A stretch of 20,102 bases of DNA, taken from positions 1 to 20,102 of the forward strand of contig CALJER010000047.1 of the NCBI GenBank assembly GCA_938074535.1. The letters are read 5' to 3'. The stretch is from an uncultured archaeon (GTDB lineage: Archaea > Hadarchaeota > Hadarchaeia > Hadarchaeales > WYZ-LMO6). This document shows, in pieces, positions 8,603 through 15,669 of the stretch. The notes beneath the pieces were generated by a model. The model did not search any database. It was not told where the DNA came from and worked only from the letters and a program-made list of their open reading frames with translations. Position numbers and translations under genes: made by a program. The first letter of the stretch is position 1. Each line of letters starts with the position of its first letter.

Positions 8603-9394
8603 TCAAGTTCCGGTTTTTCTCTTTTCCCTGGCCGCCGCCAGGCTCGCCTCCAAGGCCTTCATCAGGTCGGGTGGAGCCTCCCTCTTCTCCTCACGCGGAG
8701 CGGCCAGGGGCTCCCCCTCCGCCTTTCTCCTCACCAGCTCCAGCAGGGCCTCCCTGAAGGTATCCCTGTACTCTTCCGGCCTGAACTCCCCGCTCAGGCT
8801 CTCCAAAAGCTTCCTGGCCAGCTCCCTTTCCCTCTCCGAGGATGGGGGCAGGTTCTGCAATTCCTTGAGCTCCGAGGGGTCCACAAGCTCGTTCCGGTAG
8901 TGGAGGGTGGAGAGGAGAAGTCCCTCCCGGTAGGAGCGCAGGGCCACCACATACTCCCTGGCCCTCATGGTCATCTTCCCCACGGCCAGTTTGTTGGCGA
9001 GGGACAGGACTTCCCTGAAGAGGGAGAAGGCCCTCTCCCCCCCCTCCCGCGGCACCACGTGGTAGTGGGACTCTGGGTAGAGGGGGTCCAGGGAGGCGGG
9101 GTCCACGAAGGCGAGGATCTCTATGGTCTTGGCACTCTTGGGCTGGATGAGGGAGAGCTCCTCTTCCTTTATGGGGATGATTTTTCCCTTCGAGAGCTCG
9201 AAGCCGTGCTCCACCTCCTCCTGTGGTACCTCCCTTCCGCAGCTCGGGCACCACCTCTTGTGCTGGAGGGGGGTGTGGCAGGAGGCGTGGAGGGTGCGGA
9301 GGGCCGTCCCCCTGGACCTGGTGGCGGGATAAATTTTGATGGGTATGTTCACCAGGCCGAAGGAAAGGCTGCCGGTGAAGATGGCCCTGGGCAT
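8603..9394 (-). CDS. ku: Prokaryotic Ku DNA end-binding protein
   Basis: N-terminus MPRAIFTGSLSFGLVNIPIKIY, KTIEI..FV, TLHY.NE, F.PEEY.D.FRE, DLMKALEASL; start placed at ATG 9394 rather than 9490. Confidence 0.95.
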   Translation of the reverse strand: MPRAIFTGSLSFGLVNIPIKIYPATRSRGTALRTLHASCHTPLQHKRWCPSCGREVPQEEVEHGFELSKGKIIPIKEEELSLIQPKSAKTIEILAFVDPASLDPLYPESHYHVVPREGGERAFSLFREVLSLANKLAVGKMTMRAREYVVALRSYREGLLLSTLHYRNELVDPSELKELQNLPPSSERERELARKLLESLSGEFRPEEYRDTFREALLELVRRKAEGEPLAAPREEKREAPPDLMKALEASLAAAREKRKTGT

Positions 9395-9401
9395 CCCATA
9401 T

Positions 9402-9426
9402 CCTTTAAGCCTCCCCGCCTTATAGG
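9402..9426. promoter_or_regulatory. Overlapping bidirectional promoter between ku and the Sm gene
   Basis: TTTAAG at 9404-9409 lies 23-28 nt upstream of the Sm ATG 9432; TATAA on the minus strand (9424-9420) lies 26-30 nt upstream of the ku ATG 9394. Confidence 0.6.
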
Positions 9427-9431
9427 GAGCG

Positions 9432-9644
9432 ATGGCAGAGCCCCCGAACCTGCAGGAGCGCTTGGGTTCCACCATCAGAGTCTTCTCCAAGGATGGGAGG
9501 GAACTCAGGGGGACCCTGAGGGTGTACGACGAGCACCAGAACCTGGTGCTGGAGGAGGCGGAGGAGTACTTCCATCAGAAGCTCCTGCGCAAGCACCGCT
9601 TTCTCTTCCTGAAGGGCGGCAACATCCGGATGGTTGAGATCTGA
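9432..9644 (+). CDS. Sm/Lsm family RNA-binding protein (SmAP-like)
   Basis: 70 aa; Sm1 motif KDGRELRGTLRVYDEHQNLVLEEAEE; Sm2 motif LFLKGGNI. Confidence 0.88.
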   Translation: MAEPPNLQERLGSTIRVFSKDGRELRGTLRVYDEHQNLVLEEAEEYFHQKLLRKHRFLFLKGGNIRMVEI

Positions 9645-9645
9645 C

Positions 9646-9918
9646 TCAGCCTATCTTCTTCACCTCTCCCAGCGACTTCTCCAGCTCCACAAGCTTTCTT
9701 CCGTTCTCCGTGAGGGAGAACCTGCCGCTGGGCGTTTTGCTGAGCACCCCGTAGTCCATCATCCTCTCCAGGATGCACCTGAGGGCCCAGACCTCGGGTC
9801 TGGGGAGGAGCCTGAGGAGGTCGGAGGCGGACACTTCTCCCTCGGACTCATGGAGCGCCCGGAAGATCCTCCTGGCGTCCTCGTCCTCAAGGAGCCACTC
9901 CACCGCCCTCTCTATCAT
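9646..9918 (-). CDS. Small winged helix-turn-helix protein, putative transcriptional regulator
   Basis: Start ATG 9918 or GTG 9921 after GGAGGGG; RRIFRAL...VSASDL...ILERMMDYGVL....FSLTENGRKL matches the wHTH pattern. Confidence 0.7.
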   Translation of the reverse strand: MIERAVEWLLEDEDARRIFRALHESEGEVSASDLLRLLPRPEVWALRCILERMMDYGVLSKTPSGRFSLTENGRKLVELEKSLGEVKKIG

Positions 9919-9935
9919 CACCCCTCCCCTTGAGG

Positions 9936-9955
9936 GATAAGGGTTTAACCTTATC
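9936..9955. promoter_or_regulatory. Inverted repeat GATAAGG-N6-CCTTATC enclosing the TATA-like box of the wHTH gene; candidate operator
   Basis: Perfect 7-bp arms; spacer GTTTAA reads TTAAAC on the minus strand, 26-30 nt upstream of ATG 9918. Confidence 0.5.
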
Positions 9956-10010
9956 GAGTGGGGCCCTTCACCCCCGTTAGCATTAAAAACTGGGCCTTTC
10001 AAATAAACCG

Positions 10011-10190
10011 ATGTCCGTGCTGGTGCTGGTGGGGAAAATCCTGCTGGGGATTTTCCTGGTGCTGGTGGCGGCGGGTGCGGGCTTCTTCGGCTACGTCTGC
10101 GTGAGGGCGGAGGCCAGGAAGTGGGCGGCCGGAATGTTCTTCATCACCCTCCTCTGCCTTCTGGCCCTCTACGGCCTGGTCCGGGTTTAG
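10011..10190 (+). CDS. Small membrane protein (59 aa, two predicted transmembrane helices), absent from the ORF track
   Basis: MSVLVLVGKILLGIFLVLVAAGAGFFGYVCVRAEARKWAAGMFFITLLCLLALYGLVRV*; host-like G/C-ending codons; TTAAAAA 22-28 nt upstream; fills the gap exactly and its stop overlaps the convergent gene's stop. Confidence 0.75.
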   Translation: MSVLVLVGKILLGIFLVLVAAGAGFFGYVCVRAEARKWAAGMFFITLLCLLALYGLVRV

Positions 10191-10432
10191 AGCCCGGTCT
10201 TGCCCCAGTGCTCCAGGTTCATCTGCTTGGCCCTTTCCTCGAGTTTGGCCATGATCTGGTCCTCCACCTGCCTCCTCTCGAAGTCGGAGAGCTTGAGCTT
10301 CTGCACCCTCGGTCTGGCGAAGATGTCGTAGGCCATGTCCACTTCATGTTTGGTGAGGGGGCCATCCTTGACCTTGTCCTGGAGGAACTCCCAGGCCTTG
10401 GCGGCTATCCAGTCCACCTCGTTTTCCTCCAT
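10187..10432 (-). CDS. Hypothetical 81-aa charged helical protein
   Basis: Strong SD GGTGAGGT next to the ATG, TATAAAA 24-30 nt upstream, host-like codon usage; no recognised motif. Confidence 0.75.
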   Translation of the reverse strand: MEENEVDWIAAKAWEFLQDKVKDGPLTKHEVDMAYDIFARPRVQKLKLSDFERRQVEDQIMAKLEERAKQMNLEHWGKTGL

Positions 10433-10470
10433 ACCTCACCTTTTTTTCTTTCCGATTTTATAGATGAGTG

Positions 10471-10989
10471 ATGGACACCCTGGAGGCCATAAGGAAGAGG
10501 AGGAGCGTGAGGAGCTTCAAACCAGACCCCATCCCGGAGGAGGACCTGAGAAAGATCCTGGAAGCGGCCTCCTGGGCACCCTCCGCCGGTAACTGCCAGC
10601 CGCTGGAGCTGGTGGTGGTGAAGGACCCCGGGGTGAAGGAGGAGGTGATGGAGGCAGCCTTCGGCCAGTCCTTCGTGGGGGAAGCGCCCGTGGTGGTGGT
10701 GGTGTGTGCGGAGGTGGAGAGGACCACCAGGAGGTACGGAAGGAGGGGCGAGCTTTTCTACGTGCAGGATACGGCAGCCGCCACGCAGAACCTCCTCCTG
10801 GCCGCCACCGCCCTGGGGTACGGCACATGCTGGGTGGGTGCCTTCTCGGAGGAGGAGGTGGCGAAGGCCCTGCGGCTCCCCCGCGGCGTGCGCCCCCTGG
10901 CCATCGTGCCCATAGGGAAGAGCGCCGAGAGCCCGGAAGCACCCCCCCGCCTGCCGCTCAGGGAGATAGTGCACAGGGATAGGTACTAG
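10471..10989 (+). CDS. Nitroreductase family flavoprotein
   Basis: AIRKRRSVRSF, AA.WAPSAGN.QP, QNLLLAATALGYGTCWVGAF; alternative GTG start at 10468. Confidence 0.92.
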   Translation: MDTLEAIRKRRSVRSFKPDPIPEEDLRKILEAASWAPSAGNCQPLELVVVKDPGVKEEVMEAAFGQSFVGEAPVVVVVCAEVERTTRRYGRRGELFYVQDTAAATQNLLLAATALGYGTCWVGAFSEEEVAKALRLPRGVRPLAIVPIGKSAESPEAPPRLPLREIVHRDRY

Positions 10990-11900
10990 ACCAAGCGTGC
11001 TCCCGTTCGACTGATCCTGCTCTTGAGCACCCTCCCCTTTCCCAGGGAGCCGGAAAGTTCCCCCACCGCCCTCTCCAGCTTCTCCTCGGGCACGAACCCG
11101 AAGACCCCCCTGCCGAGCATGGTTTGGCTGGCTCCCAGCGCGCCCAGCTTTTTGAGGAGGTCCACCACTTCCCTGAGCTCCCTGTCCAGCAGACCGAGAC
11201 CTTCCGCGAACTCCAGGGAAGTCTGGAGAAAGGTCCCCACCCTGGGATCGGCCAGCACCCTCTCCACGGCCTTCCTGCCCAGCACCCGCGCCCTCTCCCT
11301 CAGCTCGGGGTCGGAGAGGACCTCCCTCGTGCTCAGTTCTCCCAGGGTGCAGGTGACCACCCAAATTCCAGGAGGGACGGGGATCCTCCTCCAGGAGCCG
11401 TAGGGGGGGGCACCGGGCCTCCTCCCCACCACCAGCCCGCCCCAGGCCTGAGCCCCCACATCCCCCAGCCCGGTGAGGTTCCTCACCTCCGCCACGTGGG
11501 CCTCCCGCACCGCTTCTCTCCTCCAGGCCTTGAGCCCCAGCCTTCGGGAGAGGGCCAGCGCCAGACCCAAAGCACCTGCCCCGCTGGCTCCATAGCCCGC
11601 ACCCACGGGCACCTGCACTTCGTGGTGCACCTCCAGGTGGAGTTTTTCCCCCACCCTCGCTAGGAGGGAACGAGCCACGTAGGAGCTGGTTCTGGCTTTC
11701 ACCCTCCTCCCGTTGATGAGGATCCTCGTTCCCCCTCTTCCCTCCCTCACCCTCACGCGTGTGAGGACCCCCGCTTCCAGACAGGGCCCGCCGTTTCTGG
11801 AGCCCATCCTCTCCGGTCGCGGGGAGGGGCAAACCTCGAAGAAGCCTGAGAGATGGGCTGGAACGAAGGCTCTGGTCTCTCCCTCCGAGGCCCCCCTCAT
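10986..11900 (-). CDS. pok: Pantoate kinase (archaeal GHMP kinase)
   Basis: AFVPAHLSGFF, PVGAGYGASGA GHMP motif, AHVAEV..LTGLGDV, R.PGAP, ASQTMLG.GVF; adjacent to coaBC and coaD. Confidence 0.88.
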   Translation of the reverse strand: MRGASEGETRAFVPAHLSGFFEVCPSPRPERMGSRNGGPCLEAGVLTRVRVREGRGGTRILINGRRVKARTSSYVARSLLARVGEKLHLEVHHEVQVPVGAGYGASGAGALGLALALSRRLGLKAWRREAVREAHVAEVRNLTGLGDVGAQAWGGLVVGRRPGAPPYGSWRRIPVPPGIWVVTCTLGELSTREVLSDPELRERARVLGRKAVERVLADPRVGTFLQTSLEFAEGLGLLDRELREVVDLLKKLGALGASQTMLGRGVFGFVPEEKLERAVGELSGSLGKGRVLKSRISRTGARLV

Positions 11901-11913
11901 GGTTCCTTCAACT

Positions 11914-13089
11914 TCAGGAGCGGCGGGATCTCAGCTCGAGGGCCAGGTCCAGGAGGCGGTGCGCCACCTCCTCCTTCCTGCCCCTCATCCTCTCCCTTCC
12001 GCGTCTGTGGACCAGCACCACTTCGTTGGTGTCTTCCCCAAAGCCAGCCCCCGGAAGGGAGAGATCGTTGGCCACCACCAAGTCGAAGCCGGCCTCCAGT
12101 TTCTCTTCGGCCCTGGCCACCAGCTCTTCCTCGGGAACCCCGTATTCGGCCTTGAAGCCCACCAGGAAAACCCCAGGGGAGAGCCCTCGGATCCCGTCCG
12201 CCACCCTCGGGGCGGGAACCAGCCTGAGCTCCACCGTCTCCTTGCTCCTGAGCTTCCTGTCGAAGGGTTTCTCCACCCTGAGGTCCTGGGCCGCCGCCGC
12301 CGCCACCACCAGGTCCACCCCTTTCCTGACCTCTTCCTCCAGAGCCTCCTTCATCTCCTGCGTGGTCTTCACCCTGATCACCTTCACCCCCTCGGGGGGC
12401 TTTTCGGTTCCGGGGCCGTAGATGAGGGCCACCTCCGCCCCCCGGAGGGCCGCCATCCTGGCCACGGCTATCCCCATCTTTCCCGAGCTGAAGTTGGTGA
12501 TCACCTTTACCCTGTCCACGGGTTCCACGGTGGGCCCCGCCGTTACTGCCACCCTGAGGCCCTTGAGGTCCTGGGGCCGGTGGAAGAGCACCCTGAGGAC
12601 TATCTCGCGCGGTTCGGCCATCTTCGCTCTCCCCTCCAGCAAAACGGGTCCTATCAGGAAGAAGCCCCTCTCCCTCAATCTCTCAACACTGTCCTGTACC
12701 GGACCGCTCAGGTACATGGAGGCGTGCATGGCGGGGGCCAGGAAGACGGGCTTCCCCAGACCCGAGGAGGAAATCACCGTGGCCGTGACGGGCGTGTCCG
12801 CTATTCCCCAGGCGAGCTTCCCCAGGGTGCTGGCGGTGGCCGGCGCCACCACCACCGCGTCCGCCCACTCGGAGAGCCTGATGTGCTCCAGGTTGCCCGT
12901 GAGGGAGGTGACCACCTCCTGTCCCGTGGCCCAGTGCATGAGGGTGGGGGAGAGGAGCTGGGCGGCGCTGGGGCTCATCACCGCTCTCACCTCCGCCCCC
13001 TCCCTCAGGAACTCCCTGGCCAGCTCCGGGCCCCTCATGATGGCTGCGCTGCCCGTGAGGCAGAGGAGGACTTTTTTCACCTTCACCAA
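11914..13089 (-). CDS. coaBC: Bifunctional phosphopantothenoylcysteine decarboxylase/synthetase (Dfp)
   Basis: LTGS.A, EHI.L, APATAST..K.A.GIAD, PAMH..M, VTAGPT.EP.D.V..ITNFSSGKMG, LVGFKAE, VVAND; start TTG 13089 or GTG 13086. Confidence 0.95.
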   Translation of the reverse strand: MVKVKKVLLCLTGSAAIMRGPELAREFLREGAEVRAVMSPSAAQLLSPTLMHWATGQEVVTSLTGNLEHIRLSEWADAVVVAPATASTLGKLAWGIADTPVTATVISSSGLGKPVFLAPAMHASMYLSGPVQDSVERLRERGFFLIGPVLLEGRAKMAEPREIVLRVLFHRPQDLKGLRVAVTAGPTVEPVDRVKVITNFSSGKMGIAVARMAALRGAEVALIYGPGTEKPPEGVKVIRVKTTQEMKEALEEEVRKGVDLVVAAAAAQDLRVEKPFDRKLRSKETVELRLVPAPRVADGIRGLSPGVFLVGFKAEYGVPEEELVARAEEKLEAGFDLVVANDLSLPGAGFGEDTNEVVLVHRRGRERMRGRKEEVAHRLLDLALELRSRRS

Positions 13090-13100
13090 AACGACCTCTC

Positions 13101-13568
13101 TTACCCCCTTTTAATCAATTTGCCACGTGGGTCTATCTCCCCCCTCCTGATGCGCGTGGAGGAGATGGGTTTTCCGTCCTCCGCGAGCACGAAGGGTATC
13201 TCCAGGATCTCGAGCTCCTTCAGGCCCCTCTCCCTCCTGAGCCGGTTGATTTCCTCGGCCCTTGCCCTGGTCTCCGGGCTCACCACGATGGCCTCAAGCT
13301 CCGGGTCCGAGACCGCGGGGCCGTAGGGGTCCCTGATCACCACCACCTCCGCCCTCTCTTCCCCGAACTCGGTGAAGACCGTTTCAAGCAGCCTCCCCAG
13401 TCTCTGACCCAGAGGTTGCACGCGGCATCCCTTGGCCTGGACCATTTCGTCGGAGCATACCCCCAGATACACCCTCTCCCCCACCTCGAAGGCCTTCCTC
13501 AGGAGGGCGAGGTGTCCGTCGTGGAGGTGGTCGAAGGTCCCACCCGCAGCCACTTTTTTGAACTTCAT
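13101..13568 (-). CDS. coaD: Phosphopantetheine adenylyltransferase, archaeal/eukaryotic type
   Basis: GGTFDHLHDGH, DPYGP, AIVVSPET, IN..R...GL, ISSTRIR.GEID. Confidence 0.92.
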   Translation of the reverse strand: MKFKKVAAGGTFDHLHDGHLALLRKAFEVGERVYLGVCSDEMVQAKGCRVQPLGQRLGRLLETVFTEFGEERAEVVVIRDPYGPAVSDPELEAIVVSPETRARAEEINRLRRERGLKELEILEIPFVLAEDGKPISSTRIRRGEIDPRGKLIKRG

Positions 13569-14353
13569 CCCAGCTCTCCGGCCCTTCTCCAGGCGGCCTT
13601 TAACGCTTGCTTGAAGGCTTCAAAAACTTTTCCCTTTTCCAGCTCCAGAAGGGCAGCCTCCGTGGTCCCCCCTGGAGAGGCCACCATCTCCGTCAGCTCT
13701 TCAGGAGTAAGCTTCAGTTCCATGAGCATTCCCCCCGTCCCCTTTGCCGTCTGGGAGGCCAGCCTCAGGGCTTCCTCCCCAGGTATCCCCAGCTCTTCCG
13801 CGGCCTCCACCAGGGCACGGATCACCAGCGAGAAGTAGGCCGGTCCGCTCCCGCTGAGGGCGGTTATCGCGTTCATTCTCTCTTCCGGAACCTCCACCGG
13901 AAGCCCCAGCTTCCCCAGCAGCTCCCTCACGTCGGTCCTGTCTTCCTCCCCCGTGCCTTCGGAGGAGGAGTAGGCCATCACCCCTTCCCCCACCGCGCAT
14001 GCCAGGTTGGGCATGAGTCTGAAGACCTTCGCCCCCTTCAGTCCCTTCTCCAGCTTCTCAAGGGAAGCACCGGCCACGCAGGAGATTACCACCCTGTTCC
14101 TGGCCTTGTCCCCCACTTCCCTCAGCACTTCTTCCAGGTCCCCGGGCTTCACGGCGATGAAAATCACCTCCGAGCCCTCCAGCAGAGGTTCGCATTCCCT
14201 CACCACCCTCACCCCCAGCTGGCGGGAGAGGAACTCAGACCTTTTTTCGTCTTTCTCGCACACCATCAGCTCCCCCTGTGAAAACCCGGCCCGCAGCAGG
14301 CCCCTCAGGAGGAAGAATCCCAGCCTTCCCCCCCCTATGATCCCTACCTTCAG
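13565..14353 (-). CDS. proC: Pyrroline-5-carboxylate reductase (probable CTG start)
   Basis: AVKP, RLMPN, ITALSGSGPAYF, VASPGGTT; the frame extends upstream of ATG 14266 as KVGIIGGGRLG (Rossmann motif) to CTG 14353. Confidence 0.9.
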   Translation of the reverse strand: MKVGIIGGGRLGFFLLRGLLRAGFSQGELMVCEKDEKRSEFLSRQLGVRVVRECEPLLEGSEVIFIAVKPGDLEEVLREVGDKARNRVVISCVAGASLEKLEKGLKGAKVFRLMPNLACAVGEGVMAYSSSEGTGEEDRTDVRELLGKLGLPVEVPEERMNAITALSGSGPAYFSLVIRALVEAAEELGIPGEEALRLASQTAKGTGGMLMELKLTPEELTEMVASPGGTTEAALLELEKGKVFEAFKQALKAAWRRAGELG

Positions 14354-15669
14354 GCCCTTCCCTCCCTCACCTCTCTCCAGGTCCTGTCAAGCTTCCGGTG
14401 GAGGAAGGGCCTGGGCGGAGAGGAGAGGTAGGGGGCCACCACGTGCCCCCTTCCCACCAGGTAGTACTTGTAGGTGGTGAGTCCCTCCAGCCCCACGGGC
14501 CCTCTGGCGTGGAGCTTTCCCGTGCTTATCCCCACCTCCGCACCCAGTCCGTACCGGTAGCCGTCGCTGAACCGGGTGGAGGCGTTCCACATTACGGAGG
14601 AGGAATCCACACCCTCCATGAACTTGATGGCCGTCTCCCGATCCTCCGTGACGATGGCGTCGGTGTGTTTGGAGCCGTAGCGGTTGATGTGCGAGATGGC
14701 CTCCTCCACGTGGTCCACCACCTTCACGGCTATGATGAGGTCCAGGTACTCGGCGCGCCAGTCCTCCTCCCTGGCCCTTTTCACCTCCACGAAGCGCCTG
14801 GTTCGCTCGCACCCCCTTACCTCCACCCCCGCCTTTGAATACATCTCCACCAGTCTGGGCAGGAACTCCTCCGCCACCTTCGCGTGCACCAGTACCTTCT
14901 CGGCGGCGTTGCAGACGGCGGGGTACTGGACCTTGGCGTCGTAGCAGATCTGGAGGGCCTTGTCGAAGTCGGCGTGCTCGTCCACGTACACGTGGCACAC
15001 CCCCTCCGCGTGCCCCAGCACGGGGATCCTCGTGTTCCTCTGGATGAACTTGATGAACTCCTTGCTTCCACGCGGTACCAGGAGGTCCACGTACTCCTCC
15101 AGCTTCAGGAGCCTGTGCACCTCCTCCCTCCCTTCCACCAGCTGCATCCATCCCTCCGGGACCCCCTTCCCCTCCGTGGCCTCCTTCAGGATCTGGAAGA
15201 AAGCCCGGTTCGAGCGCGTGGCCTCCCTTCCGCCCTTCAGGACCACCGCGTTTCCGGATTTGAGGCAGAGGGAGGAGATCTGAGGCAGCACGTCTGGTCT
15301 GGATTCGAAGATGGCCCCCACCACCCCTATGGGGCAGGAGACCCTGTAGAGCTCGAGTCCCTCGTCCAACTCGCAGGCGTAGAGCGTCCTGCCCACCGGG
15401 TCCTCCAGGTCCGCCACGCTCTCTATCATCCTGGAGATGGCCTCGAGCTTCGCCTCGCTCAGCTTCAGCCTGTCGAGGAGGGGTTTAGAAAGCCTCCTCC
15501 TCTCGGCGGCCTCCACATCCTTTCTGTTGGCCTCCAGCAGCTCCGCGCGGTGGTCCCTCACCGCCTTGGCGGCCTCCCTCAGGGCCGCGTCCTTCACCCC
15601 TGTTTCCAGGGTGGCGAGCAGGAGGGAAGCCTCACGCGCCTTCCTCATTCCCTCCAGCAGCTTCCTCAC
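14350..15669 (-). CDS. proA: Gamma-glutamyl phosphate reductase (glutamate-5-semialdehyde dehydrogenase)
   Basis: PIGV...IFESRP, KSGNAVVLKGG.EA, PRGS, G.CHVYVD, CNAAE, HTDAIVTE, NASTRFSDG..YGLGAEVGIST.KLHARGPVGL. Confidence 0.96.
   Translation of the reverse strand: MRKLLEGMRKAREASLLLATLETGVKDAALREAAKAVRDHRAELLEANRKDVEAAERRRLSKPLLDRLKLSEAKLEAISRMIESVADLEDPVGRTLYACELDEGLELYRVSCPIGVVGAIFESRPDVLPQISSLCLKSGNAVVLKGGREATRSNRAFFQILKEATEGKGVPEGWMQLVEGREEVHRLLKLEEYVDLLVPRGSKEFIKFIQRNTRIPVLGHAEGVCHVYVDEHADFDKALQICYDAKVQYPAVCNAAEKVLVHAKVAEEFLPRLVEMYSKAGVEVRGCERTRRFVEVKRAREEDWRAEYLDLIIAVKVVDHVEEAISHINRYGSKHTDAIVTEDRETAIKFMEGVDSSSVMWNASTRFSDGYRYGLGAEVGISTGKLHARGPVGLEGLTTYKYYLVGRGHVVAPYLSSPPRPFLHRKLDRTWREVREGRA

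Noticed and set aside
7551-9394. Idea that ku-ligase is a prophage or integrative element inserted at tRNA-Ala
   Set aside because: It lies on the 5' side of the tRNA, I found no duplicated tRNA end, no integrase or phage genes, and the composition is host-like
9395-9490. Longer Ku start at 9490
   Set aside because: Would overlap the Sm gene and the promoter; the canonical Ku N-terminus starts at 9394
9922-10002. Longer wHTH start at 10002
   Set aside because: Runs through AT-rich promoter DNA; SD and TATA spacing favour 9918 or 9921
10405-11832. 475-aa minus-strand ORF
   Set aside because: Alternative frame of pantoate kinase and antisense to the nitroreductase; Gly/Arg-rich with no recognisable domain
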